64,000 nt of DNA from Thermodesulfobacteriota bacterium (GTDB taxonomy: Bacteria > Desulfobacterota_D > UBA1144 > Nemesobacterales > Nemesobacteraceae), in assembly GCA_965202785.1 (NCBI GenBank), contig OZ241855.1:544001-608000 (forward strand), written 5' to 3'. The notes below the pieces were generated by a model. The model did not search any database. It saw nothing but the letters and a program-made list of their open reading frames with translations, and was not told where the DNA came from. This document shows positions 28,821 to 38,043 of the stretch, one piece after another. The translations under genes and the position numbers were made by a program. Every line of letters begins with the position of its first letter. The stretch's first letter is position 1.

Positions 28821-29972
28821 TCAGACCTGCGGTTCGTTCTCCGTTTCCTCAACGCTGCAAAACGCCCTCCCCTTGTTCAGCCTTAAAACCAGTTTTTCCT
28901 CGAGTTCAAGAGTCCGGGAATCCTGCACTATCTCTCCGCTTTTTTCTTTTGAGACTATGGCGTACCCCCTCTCAAGAACGCTGAAAGGGTTCAGGGAGGT
29001 AAGTTTTCCGGAGTAATTCTCGACGCGCCGTTCAAGATTCTCGATCCGCGAGGTCATATGATGCCTGAAACTGGTCGCGAGTCCGTCAAGCTGCATGGAG
29101 AACATGTCTATACGGCTTGTGAGGGAAAAATCGAGGCGGCGGCGAAACTGCGCGAGATCTTCGAGAATTTCCCTTTTTTCCTTTACCGCAAGCTCGGCAG
29201 CCATTGAAGGGGTGGCCGCTCTTACATCGGATACCAGATCGGCTATAGTCACGTCCACTTCATGACCCACGGCCGAAATCACGGGAAAAGGAGAAGCGGC
29301 GATCTTTCTGGCGACCCCCTCGTCGTTAAAGGCCCTGAGATCCTCTTTCGATCCCCCTCCCCTAGTTACAACTACAAGATCAAGGTCCTCCATGCCGTAA
29401 AGCCTATCAAGGGCTGCGGTTATCTCGGCCGGGGCGTTATCCCCCTGAACGCTTGCGGGAGAAATAACAACCTCGACATTGGGAGACCTCCGATATATGA
29501 CTTTGATGACGTCCCTCACCGCGGCTCCCGAAGGGGAAGTAACCACCCCTATTCTGCGGGAGAGAAAAGGAAGGGAGCGTTTTTTCGAGACGTCAAAAAG
29601 CCCTTCTTCGGAAAGCTTCTGCTTGAGCTTTTCAAGCGCGAGCGCGTCGGCGCCCACCCCCTTCGGCTCCATCGCGCTTACGTACAGCTGGTACTTGCCG
29701 TCTTTCTCGTAAACTCCAACGCGCGCGGAGCAGATGACATCCATTCCGTTCTCCGGCGTGAACTTTATCTGCTGGTTATTACCTCTGAAGCAGACTGCGG
29801 AGACCTGGCTCTGCTTGTCCTTCAGGGAGAAATACCAGTGGCCGCTTGCGTAATGCCCCTTGAAACCGGAAATCTCTCCCGCGACCCATATTGTCTCTCC
29901 GCCGAATTCAAGCTCAATCGCATCCTTTATCGAAGAATTGAGTTCCGATACGCTGTAGATTTTCCTGTCCAT
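28821..29972 (-). CDS. xseA: Exodeoxyribonuclease VII large subunit
   Basis: SVSELN, GEISG...SGHWYFSLKD, RGGGSKEDL, SAVGHEVD, ATPS. Confidence 0.95.
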   Translation of the reverse strand: MDRKIYSVSELNSSIKDAIELEFGGETIWVAGEISGFKGHYASGHWYFSLKDKQSQVSAVCFRGNNQQIKFTPENGMDVICSARVGVYEKDGKYQLYVSAMEPKGVGADALALEKLKQKLSEEGLFDVSKKRSLPFLSRRIGVVTSPSGAAVRDVIKVIYRRSPNVEVVISPASVQGDNAPAEITAALDRLYGMEDLDLVVVTRGGGSKEDLRAFNDEGVARKIAASPFPVISAVGHEVDVTIADLVSDVRAATPSMAAELAVKEKREILEDLAQFRRRLDFSLTSRIDMFSMQLDGLATSFRHHMTSRIENLERRVENYSGKLTSLNPFSVLERGYAIVSKEKSGEIVQDSRTLELEEKLVLRLNKGRAFCSVEETENEPQV

Positions 29973-30077
29973 TCTTAAACGTAAATTAATCGGTCGGGCA
30001 GCCGTTGGCAAGACACGAAACGGGAAACCGTTAAAAGATGAGGGAAAAGACAGAAAGTACTTTCCCGGACGAAGAAC

Positions 30078-30575
30078 TTACTCAAACAGATGCGGAGATT
30101 TAGTTTTCACTTTTTCCAGTATTTCGTCTGAAACCTTGAGACTTTCAAGATCCTTGAGATGAAACAGCTGGGAAGCCCGCAATTTCTTTGCGCCTCTAAG
30201 ATTGACATCCCTGAGAATCGCACCGTCGAAATTCGCAAGCTTGAGGTTAGCTCCAGCGAAATCGGCACCCGTAAGATCGGCACCGAGCATGTGGGCCCCT
30301 TCAAGGTTGGTGTCCCTGAATACCGCGCCGCGAAGATCGCAACCCTCAAGGTTCACTCCGCGCATGTTCGCCCCGGAAAAATCTGCACCTACTAGGCTGC
30401 ACCCCTTGCAGAAGGCAAGCTTGAGAGCAGAGTTCGCAAACACGGCGCCGTCAAGGTTAAGCCCGTTAAGATTCGCCCAGCCAAGATCCGGGATAACATC
30501 GGGTTCCTCCTCCCGCCACCGGTTCCACGCGGCCGCACCCTCTTGTACCTTCGAGACGTGCTCAGAATCAGCCAC
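30078..30575 (-). CDS. Pentapeptide repeat protein
   Basis: WNRWR...PDL then A(D/N)(L/F)xx repeats. Confidence 0.88.
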   Translation of the reverse strand: MADSEHVSKVQEGAAAWNRWREEEPDVIPDLGWANLNGLNLDGAVFANSALKLAFCKGCSLVGADFSGANMRGVNLEGCDLRGAVFRDTNLEGAHMLGADLTGADFAGANLKLANFDGAILRDVNLRGAKKLRASQLFHLKDLESLKVSDEILEKVKTKSPHLFE

Positions 30576-30789
30576 AGCACCCCACCGTCAGTGATAATCC
30601 GAAAACCTTAAACGCGGACAGAAGTATGTAAATCGCAATCGCTAGAAGTATCAGGCTTCGAAGAAGTCCCCTGACCCCACCTTTTCCCCTGCGTCGCATA
30701 CTCTCTCCGCAGGCAAGACATACATCCGTTTTCGCCGTGGTCTCGTAACCGCACTCTTCACATCTTCTGACAGGCTGAAGCGACATCAA
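30568..30789 (-). CDS. Small zinc-ribbon membrane protein
   Basis: CEECG...CLACG plus one transmembrane helix; overlaps the next gene in an operon-like arrangement. Confidence 0.6.
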   Translation of the reverse strand: MMSLQPVRRCEECGYETTAKTDVCLACGESMRRRGKGGVRGLLRSLILLAIAIYILLSAFKVFGLSLTVGCCG

Positions 30790-30807
30790 ACCATCCTTTT
30801 TTCTTCC

Positions 30808-32301
30808 TCAACTAACCCTCTTCAGAGCGGAACGAACAAAGACCGGATGCACTTTGGCAATTTCCTGAGCAAGCTGCCCAATGACGTTCTTTATGTCCCA
30901 TTGCGCCCCTTCCGACATCCGCAGGTTCGTCAGGTGGTACAGCTCCCAGAGATCGAACCTGCCGCAGACTCTCCTGTTGTGGGCGTTTGTGACAACGTAG
31001 CTCGCGACGTCGCGAAAACCGGCATGAACGAGTTCCCCATAGAGCCGCTCGCTTTGCCCGACGGCTTCGAGCAGAAGCTCTTCTGTTCCCGATTCCGTAA
31101 CATGTGGTGGAATCGTCACACCCTCCTCCACGGAAGGTTCCTTTATGGTCCAGCTGACTTTCCTGTGCCTAAGCAGCTGATGCCACGCCGCCTCGCTCAG
31201 GACGAACTCCGCGCTGTAGTTAACCGATCTGAATATGCCCACCGGGTTGTCGTGCTTTCCGAGTTCCCGAACAGCCGTTAAGAAAATCTTCTCAAGCTCC
31301 GGGGTGTTCTCGGATAGGTGCCTTTCTATGTCTCCGACCGAAAGTCCCGAGAATTCGAAAAGAAGCCCCCTTGCGATCTCCCTTAAGGCCTCGGCCTGGG
31401 GATTTTCCTTTCCCCGCCCCGTGTAGTCAAAAAGGGCAACCGAAGATCCGTTGCCGGGTCCACTTTCCCCAGCGTTCCCGAGACCGAGCGAGAACTCCTC
31501 AAGCGCCTCTCGCGTTCTGACCATGTAGGGGTTCTCGTCAGCGTACTTAACAAGCGTCGGAACCGAGAACCTGACCTCGCTTTTTATCTCCTCGGCCCTG
31601 TTTCTGGCTTCCGGGTAGCGGCTTGAGAGAAGAGCGGAGATGGTCTGCTCCATGGCTCTTGCGTTCGCCGTCATGCCGAGATTCGTAAGCGTGGAGAGGT
31701 TAAGGGCGTACCTTGCGTCCTCAAACGCTATTTTCTCAAGCGCCCTGAAATGAACTCTTTCCTCCCTGTCCTCGGGAACGGGAAACTTCTTTTTCAGAAA
31801 ATCAAAGAGCTCGGCGTTGAGTCTCGAGTAAACCTCGTACTGAAAATCGCAGAGCTCCCCGAACTCTTTTTTAAGGGCGGGGTGCTGGTCAAGCTCCTGG
31901 GGAATATAGTTGTCGCCTTTGCGCGGTCTCTGGTATCTCTGCGAGTATTCCGTAAACGAGAGAAACTCGTTTGCGCATTCAAGCAGGGACGAGAAAAGCC
32001 TTGAAACCCTCTCAACTCCTATGTGCACTGTCGCGTGCTCGGCAACGGAAGCGTGGCCGTAGTTAAGAACCCACTTCTCGTGGAACTTCTCCGCCCTGTC
32101 CCTCCCCATTTCCTGCTCCCTTATTACGGTGTCTATGTTTTCCCTGAAACTTTTGGGGCTTCTGCTTACGTAGGCGAAGATGACGGCAACGACTTCCTCG
32201 GGAATGTTGCTTATGGTGTAGATGTCCCTGTCGAGATTGGAAACGTAGCGTTCCATCTCACGGGCAACGTCTTCATCATCAATTTTTATCTCGGTGGACA
32301 A
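30808..32301 (-). CDS. thyX: FAD-dependent thymidylate synthase, tandem-domain ThyX type
   Basis: YGHASVAEHA, EYSQRY, FEDARY, HQLLRHR, LR..AQWDI; probable TTG start at 32301 after GGAGAG (ORF track starts at 32373). Confidence 0.85.
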   Translation of the reverse strand: MSTEIKIDDEDVAREMERYVSNLDRDIYTISNIPEEVVAVIFAYVSRSPKSFRENIDTVIREQEMGRDRAEKFHEKWVLNYGHASVAEHATVHIGVERVSRLFSSLLECANEFLSFTEYSQRYQRPRKGDNYIPQELDQHPALKKEFGELCDFQYEVYSRLNAELFDFLKKKFPVPEDREERVHFRALEKIAFEDARYALNLSTLTNLGMTANARAMEQTISALLSSRYPEARNRAEEIKSEVRFSVPTLVKYADENPYMVRTREALEEFSLGLGNAGESGPGNGSSVALFDYTGRGKENPQAEALREIARGLLFEFSGLSVGDIERHLSENTPELEKIFLTAVRELGKHDNPVGIFRSVNYSAEFVLSEAAWHQLLRHRKVSWTIKEPSVEEGVTIPPHVTESGTEELLLEAVGQSERLYGELVHAGFRDVASYVVTNAHNRRVCGRFDLWELYHLTNLRMSEGAQWDIKNVIGQLAQEIAKVHPVFVRSALKRVS

Positions 32302-32338
32302 GCCTGCTCTCCCGTTCCCCTCCCGTGGCTCCCGCGGT

Positions 32339-33103
32339 TCAGGAGACCGTATGGGTTTCCTTGAGTTTATCAACTATGTAAGGCATGACCTGGCTCGGGC
32401 TTCCGTATATGACGGCGCTTACGTAATCGTCGGCCGGGGTTTTCCTCTCGCCGATAATAACGACCTTGTTCCCCTTGTTCATGACCTGGAAGGGAAAGGA
32501 CGCCACGGGCTCGATCTCCAGATTCGCCCCGACGATTATGAAAAGATCGCAGTGCTGAAGCCTCATCCAGGACTCCCTTATCTCCCAGTGGGGAAGCGGC
32601 TGTCCCGGAAAGGACAGCGGAGGCTTCATCTGATCGCTCTGGCATTCCTTGCATTTCGGAATGCCGGTCTTGCTGTCCTCAAGGGAAAGCAGTATTCCGT
32701 CGGTGCGGTAATCGTTTCCGCATTCATGGCAGTGGATCCAGTTTATCGTCGAGTATATCTCTATTATTTTTTCGCTGCCGGTTTTGCTGTGCAGGCCGTC
32801 GGCCGCCTGGGTAAGAACGCAGTCGACGTTGCAGAGAAACTCCATCTCGTAAATGGCTTCGTGGGCAGCAGAGGGCTGAGCCTCCGAGATTCTGGGATAA
32901 AAATCCTTTATCTTCTCCCAGTACTCTCTCCTTACCTCCGGGCGATTTTTGAATTTTCCTATGTCGGGATTGAAGCTCAGATCCGAAACGTCGGGCAGTC
33001 CGACTTCAAGAGAGAGTTCAATTCCCGTTAGAAAAACTATCTGAGAGGCTTCCCGGGCCCACTCGACCGTTGCCGAGAGCGCATCCTGTTCCTGCTCGCT
33101 CAT
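32339..33103 (-). CDS. Sirtuin (CobB/Sir2) fold protein with degenerate catalytic motifs
   Basis: IVFLTG..S..GLPD, TQ..DGLH, CHEC/CKEC zinc site, KP..FPG.PLP, DLFIIVG..L...PVA. GAG, QN and HG motifs are altered. Confidence 0.8.
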   Translation of the reverse strand: MSEQEQDALSATVEWAREASQIVFLTGIELSLEVGLPDVSDLSFNPDIGKFKNRPEVRREYWEKIKDFYPRISEAQPSAAHEAIYEMEFLCNVDCVLTQAADGLHSKTGSEKIIEIYSTINWIHCHECGNDYRTDGILLSLEDSKTGIPKCKECQSDQMKPPLSFPGQPLPHWEIRESWMRLQHCDLFIIVGANLEIEPVASFPFQVMNKGNKVVIIGERKTPADDYVSAVIYGSPSQVMPYIVDKLKETHTVS

Positions 33104-33251
33104 TTCAGGTTTTGATTATAACCGCTTGCGTTGACTGTCCGCAAATTGATCGCAGCGTGGCGATGCCGGGAGAATTCAGGGTGTGAGGACCTTCTCCATC
33201 TATAAATTCATTCCGTCAAAAACCGCCGGGAAAAAGCCGTCAACCACACAA

Positions 33252-33272
33252 TTAAATCGATTTAAATCGATT
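33252..33272. promoter_or_regulatory. Overlapping palindromes, candidate transcription factor site
   Basis: TTAAATCGATTTAAATCGATT contains the 18-bp palindrome AATCGATTTAAATCGATT; lies in a divergent intergenic region. Confidence 0.4.
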
Positions 33273-33303
33273 GCGGTGCAGAGTACAGGTAGAATATCGC
33301 TTC

Positions 33304-33624
33304 GTGGGCACAAAACCTAAGGAAATAAACGAATTTACCGAAAAAGCTCTTCAGATCGTCTGGGACACCGGTGAAGAAAGCATATTCTTTTACGAAGAAC
33401 TCAGGGAGATCTGCCCCTGCGCCACCTGCAGGAGGCTCAGAAAAAAAAGCAGAACCGGGAAACTCCCGTTTAAAAAACGGATACCCCTCGGAAAAAGCAG
33501 CATGGCGCCGGAGAAAATAGAGTACATCGGGAATTACGCCATAAGGTTCATAGGCGAGAACTGGTGCGAAACCGGATTCTATACCTTCGACTTTTTAAGG
33601 AAAAACAGCGTTTCGGGCGAGTAA
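33304..33624 (+). CDS. DUF971 / GBBH N-terminal-like protein
   Basis: L.I.W..G....F.YEELREICPCATC...GNYAI.F....TGFYTFDFL; probable GTG start. Confidence 0.8.
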   Translation: MGTKPKEINEFTEKALQIVWDTGEESIFFYEELREICPCATCRRLRKKSRTGKLPFKKRIPLGKSSMAPEKIEYIGNYAIRFIGENWCETGFYTFDFLRKNSVSGE

Positions 33625-33642
33625 CGTCCCCGCAGAGGAAAA

Positions 33643-34509
33643 TTACGCCCGTCGCGCGCTTATGGAAAGCCACTTTCTGGTGACAAAGTGGTCGCCGTCC
33701 TCATTCACTTCCCCGTGGAGAAGAATCGCCGGCTCGACGGCGTTTTTCATAGCATCGGAAACGGCCTCATCCGGATAGCCGTGAAGGGCGCCGGCGGCAT
33801 ACTGCTGAAAAGAGCTTATGTATTCCCACGCTTCTTTCGTAAGATCAGCGGCGAATTCCTGAGCGTCAACAAGGTCAAGTCCCACTTGGCCCACCAGCTC
33901 TTCGTAGTAGGAGCGCGGGTGGAACTTTGCGGCTTCGGCTTTCCTCTCGACCTTTACTCTTTTCACTCCCTGTTTTCTCAGGAACTGGACGGCGCTTCTC
34001 ACCTGGGTTCTGTAGAAAGGTATGGTGTCCTCGGGTCTTGCCCCCTCGTAAAAAGAGGTGTTGAAGAAAAACCAGCCTCCAGGCTTAAGCGCTTTTTTGA
34101 TCGCTTTTAGGCTCTTGAGTTGTTCCTCTTCGGTAAGGTAATGTATGCCGTTGCCCCATATAGCCACGTCGAGGCTTTTCGGAGGCAGATCAAGATCCTG
34201 TATGGTTGAATTGATAAGAGTCAGCTTGTCAACCTCTTTCTCAAGCCTGCGCTTGGCAAGTTTAAGAGCGCCTGCCGACTGGTCAAGGCAGAACACCGCA
34301 GACTCCTTTAGATTTGCGGGAAGCATTTCGAAGAAAAGCTGCGCCATGGTGCCCGCGCCTGTAGCGATGTCAAGGAACCTGTCGAGACTCTCCACCCCTC
34401 TATTAACCATTATCTGGATCCAGCTTCTGGTTATATCGCCGTTTACCTTTCTGTACTCCTCGGTATCGGCAAAAGGCTCATAGTTGTAATCTTCCATATG
34501 CTTTTCCAT
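33643..34509 (-). CDS. Class I SAM-dependent methyltransferase
   Basis: LDIATGAG motif I, LDQS, LKPGGWFFF. Confidence 0.85.
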   Translation of the reverse strand: MEKHMEDYNYEPFADTEEYRKVNGDITRSWIQIMVNRGVESLDRFLDIATGAGTMAQLFFEMLPANLKESAVFCLDQSAGALKLAKRRLEKEVDKLTLINSTIQDLDLPPKSLDVAIWGNGIHYLTEEEQLKSLKAIKKALKPGGWFFFNTSFYEGARPEDTIPFYRTQVRSAVQFLRKQGVKRVKVERKAEAAKFHPRSYYEELVGQVGLDLVDAQEFAADLTKEAWEYISSFQQYAAGALHGYPDEAVSDAMKNAVEPAILLHGEVNEDGDHFVTRKWLSISARRA

Positions 34510-34639
34510 CGTTTCTCTCCTCGGCTCTTGACCGGCCCGCACAACCTACTCTTTATACCCTGAATTCTAACATAATAACAATAAGAAAATTAAAAAAAAT
34601 AAAAACCGAACCGAGAAAGTTTTAAAACGATGGAAGAGG

Positions 34640-35281
34640 TCAGACTCCCCTTTTTTCTCCCCAGAATATTTTGTGAAGCTGCGGAAGCACCCTTACGTTT
34701 TCCATGCCGTCGCGCAGGACTCTCTCGGCTATCCAGTCCGCTTTTGTACCGTAAACGGGCTGAAATATGATTGAAGCCCTTATGCGACGCTTCGCCATAA
34801 CATCCCTTGCGTATTCGTAGTCCGCACCGTCCGCTATTACGAACTTGAGCTGATCCTTTTCCCCCAGGGCATCATAAAGCGAAAAATCCATCCTGGAGGC
34901 CATGCCCGAACCGGGGCACTTGCAGTCCATGCTCACGACCGAATTGGGGTGGGAAAAAATTCCGGGCGGCTTCTTGTTCCCGCTTGTTTCAAGCACGACC
35001 ACGAAATCCCTTTCGAGGAGAAATCCCGCTATCTCTTCCACTTCGTCCCGCTGGATAAGCGGCTCCCCGCCGGTTATGCAGACGCGGGAGCATCCGTACT
35101 CAAGAATCCTGCCGAGAACCTCGCCGGTTTCCATCTCCCGGAAGTCATTCCCCTCCACGGCGTACATGGTGTCGCACCAACTGCACCTGAGATCACAGGC
35201 AAAAAGCCTGAGAAAGACCGTCGGCAGCCCGATATGGATTCCTTCACCCTGTATTGAAAAGAAGATCTCGTTTACCTTCAT
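34640..35281 (-). CDS. queE: 7-carboxy-7-deazaguanine synthase (radical SAM)
   Basis: EIFFSIQGEG, CDLRCSWCDT, ITGGEPL, PQLHK. Confidence 0.93.
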   Translation of the reverse strand: MKVNEIFFSIQGEGIHIGLPTVFLRLFACDLRCSWCDTMYAVEGNDFREMETGEVLGRILEYGCSRVCITGGEPLIQRDEVEEIAGFLLERDFVVVLETSGNKKPPGIFSHPNSVVSMDCKCPGSGMASRMDFSLYDALGEKDQLKFVIADGADYEYARDVMAKRRIRASIIFQPVYGTKADWIAERVLRDGMENVRVLPQLHKIFWGEKRGV

Positions 35282-35286
35282 CGCAG

Positions 35287-35961
35287 CTACGCCTCGTATT
35301 CCGTCGGATCGTTCACATCCGCCTCGATAAAGGCCCTTTTTCTCTCCCTGCACGAACTGCAGGTGCCGCAGTGCATGCGGGAACCCACGTAGCATGACCA
35401 CGTGTCCTCGAAGGGAACCCCGAGACCTGCGCCGAGTCTGACTATCCCTGACTTGTCCATATCTACAAACGGAGCGACTATGGTGAGACGTTCGTTATCA
35501 GTCGCGAGTCTCTCCGCTTTCTCGAAAGCCGAAACGAATTCCACCCGGCAGTCGGGATACACACCCCTGTCGGAATGATGCGCGCCGTAGAACACAGTGT
35601 CGCATCCGATGCCCTGCGAATAGGCAACCGCAAGGGAAAGAAAGATGGCGTTTCGGTTCGGAACTACTGTTGCCGAGAGGGTCTCGTAATTGCGCGCAGT
35701 CGCGGAAACCCTTGGAATATCGACGTCCCGGTCGGTAAGGGCGGAAGCGCCGAAAAGAGTTCTTACGGAAGAAAGATCGATTATGTTGGGGGCGAGCCCC
35801 AGACGGCGGCATATATTCTCTGAGGAACGGATTTCCTTCTCGTGTTTCTGTCCGTAGATGAAGGTAAGAGGAAAGACTTCATACCCTTCCCGGACCGCCT
35901 TGTAGCAGAGAGTGGAACTGTCCACGCCCCCGGAGACCATAACAACCGCTTTCCCAGACAT
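35287..35961 (-). CDS. queC: 7-cyano-7-deazaguanine synthase
   Basis: SGGVDS, YGQKH, VPNRN, YPDCR, TWSCY...CGTCSSC. Confidence 0.95.
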   Translation of the reverse strand: MSGKAVVMVSGGVDSSTLCYKAVREGYEVFPLTFIYGQKHEKEIRSSENICRRLGLAPNIIDLSSVRTLFGASALTDRDVDIPRVSATARNYETLSATVVPNRNAIFLSLAVAYSQGIGCDTVFYGAHHSDRGVYPDCRVEFVSAFEKAERLATDNERLTIVAPFVDMDKSGIVRLGAGLGVPFEDTWSCYVGSRMHCGTCSSCRERKRAFIEADVNDPTEYEA

Positions 35962-36135
35962 TTCCTTAATATTAAAGTCGAAAAAAACAAATAACAATTC
36001 CCGTAACCGGACCCCTCCTGAACAACGGGCGGGAAAAACGGTAATTCAAATGGTTTCAGCATGTTGGCAGAAACGAATCGGAATTATATAATTATTCGTT
36101 TGAGGGTGTGAGGAACACAGAGCAAAGGCGCTTTC

Positions 36136-38043
36136 ATGAGCAAAACAGAAAAAGAACATGGACAGGTTCTTCTCTTCGATGATTTTCCAAGCGTTTCGAA
36201 AGAAAGCTGGAAAAAAGAAGCCGAGAAAAGGGTTTCCTATAAAGATCTCATATGGCATACCGAAGACGGCATAGAGGTTGAACCCTTCTACACCGAAGAA
36301 GAAGCCAGGGACTTTTTCCTGGGGGAAACCCCGCTTCCAGGAGAATTTCCCTTCGTGCGGGGAACCAGCAAAAAAGATAACAGCTGGCTACTTACAGAAG
36401 AGATAAGGCTCACAACACCGAAAGAGACTAGGGCCGCGGCACTTGCGGCAATAGAGGGCGGAGCTGATTCTCTTACCTTCATCCCGCAGGGGGGAATAAA
36501 ACGCAAGGCCCTCGAAACTCTCCTAAAAGGTATAGATCCCCTGCGCATCGGCATAAACTTCGCCTTGAGAGAATATCCGGAAAAGGTCTGCGCCCTTTTC
36601 ATTTCCTCCTGCGCCAAGAAAGAAATCGACACGCAGGAACTCAGCGGGGCCGTGTTCTTCGACCCTCTATCGCATCTGTTTGGACACGGGTCCCCTGTGA
36701 CGCCGCTTGACGAGGATATGGACAAAATCGCAAAAACCATCGGATACCTCTCAGATACCGCGCCCGGCTACGCGGCGTTTTCGGTAAAAAGCTCGACGTT
36801 TAAAGACTCAGGGGCGACTATAAGCCAGGAACTCGCCTTCACCATCGCCGCGGCGGTCGAGTATCTGGTTATGCTTCGCCAAAAAGGCGTTGACGCGGAC
36901 AGCGCCTGCCGCCACCTCGTTTTTTCCTTCTCCACGGGATCAAGCTACTTTGCGGAAATCGCCAAGCTTCGCGCGGCAAGAGCTCTCTGGGCGAACGTCG
37001 CCCAGCAGTTCTCCCCCGCCTCTGCCGAATCCACGAAAATGAGGATCCACTGCCGCACGACCGCCTTCAATAAAACCATTTACGACCCGCACACAAACAT
37101 ATTGCGGACGGCGCTTGAAGCCATGGCGTCTGTAATCGGGGGGACAGATTCCCTGACCGTGGAGCCCTTTGACGCCCACTACAGAGAACCCGACGGATTC
37201 TCAAGGAGAGTGGCGAGAAACATTCAGCTTCTGACAAGAAACGAATCCCACCTCGATGCAGTGACTGACCCCGGAGGCGGCTCCTACCACATAGAGAGAC
37301 TGACGCAGTCCATCTCGCAGAAATCCCTCGAGCTGTTCCAGGAAATAGAGAGAAAAGGCGGCTACCTTGAGTGCATTAAAAGCGGCTTCATACAAAACGC
37401 GGTCGAGGACAGCAGGGAAAAAGTCCTGGGCGACATTTCCCGGAGAAAAAAAACGCTTGTCGGAACGAACGAATTTCCCAACCTGCTGGAAAAAATGGCG
37501 GGGGATATCCGGAAAACCGTCCCCGCGAAAGAAGAGTCTAACGGTTCGGCCCCGACGGTAGCGCCTCTTACGGAGTTAAGGGCAGCTCAAGTTTTTGAGA
37601 AAATAAGGCTTCTAAGCGAACAATACGCAAAAAGAACGGGCGAGGCGCCCAAAGTTTTTCTGCTTCACCTGAGCGATTCTCCGCAGACAGTCGCAAGATC
37701 GGTTTTTTCGATGAATTTCTTCGGATGCGGGGGGTTCGCGATAGTCGACGGAGCAGAAAATCCGGGCATCGATGAGGGAGTCGCGGCAGCCTTGCGCGAG
37801 AATCCGCTTGCGGTAGTAATCTGCGGTTCCGACAGGGATTACGAGCAGTTCGCGGAGGAGGCCGCAATAAAACTCAAGGACAAGGGAGCGGAAATAAAAG
37901 TTGTCATCCCAGGCCGTGGACAAGGCGAAGAGGGAGGGCTCGCCGAGGCGGGTGTGGACGATTTTATCAATGCTGATTCGGACGTCCGCGACGTGCTTGA
38001 GAGATACCAGCAGTTGCTTTTCTCAGACAAGGTAGGACCATGA
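36136..38043 (+). CDS. mutA: Methylmalonyl-CoA mutase small (beta) subunit
   Basis: [33 protein letters not shown]; lacks the DxHxxG B12 motif. Confidence 0.88.
   Translation: MSKTEKEHGQVLLFDDFPSVSKESWKKEAEKRVSYKDLIWHTEDGIEVEPFYTEEEARDFFLGETPLPGEFPFVRGTSKKDNSWLLTEEIRLTTPKETRAAALAAIEGGADSLTFIPQGGIKRKALETLLKGIDPLRIGINFALREYPEKVCALFISSCAKKEIDTQELSGAVFFDPLSHLFGHGSPVTPLDEDMDKIAKTIGYLSDTAPGYAAFSVKSSTFKDSGATISQELAFTIAAAVEYLVMLRQKGVDADSACRHLVFSFSTGSSYFAEIAKLRAARALWANVAQQFSPASAESTKMRIHCRTTAFNKTIYDPHTNILRTALEAMASVIGGTDSLTVEPFDAHYREPDGFSRRVARNIQLLTRNESHLDAVTDPGGGSYHIERLTQSISQKSLELFQEIERKGGYLECIKSGFIQNAVEDSREKVLGDISRRKKTLVGTNEFPNLLEKMAGDIRKTVPAKEESNGSAPTVAPLTELRAAQVFEKIRLLSEQYAKRTGEAPKVFLLHLSDSPQTVARSVFSMNFFGCGGFAIVDGAENPGIDEGVAAALRENPLAVVICGSDRDYEQFAEEAAIKLKDKGAEIKVVIPGRGQGEEGGLAEAGVDDFINADSDVRDVLERYQQLLFSDKVGP

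Noticed and set aside
30160-30480. Periodic DNA pattern suggesting a repeat array
   Set aside because: Explained by pentapeptide-repeat coding; no CRISPR-like repeat-spacer structure here or elsewhere in the window
35962-36135. preQ1 or cobalamin riboswitch between queC and the mutase genes
   Set aside because: No recognisable consensus elements by eye; an Rfam/Infernal scan would be decisive
36136-38043. Mutase subunit lacking the B12-binding motif as a novel pseudo-enzyme
   Set aside because: This is the known non-catalytic beta subunit of heterodimeric methylmalonyl-CoA mutase
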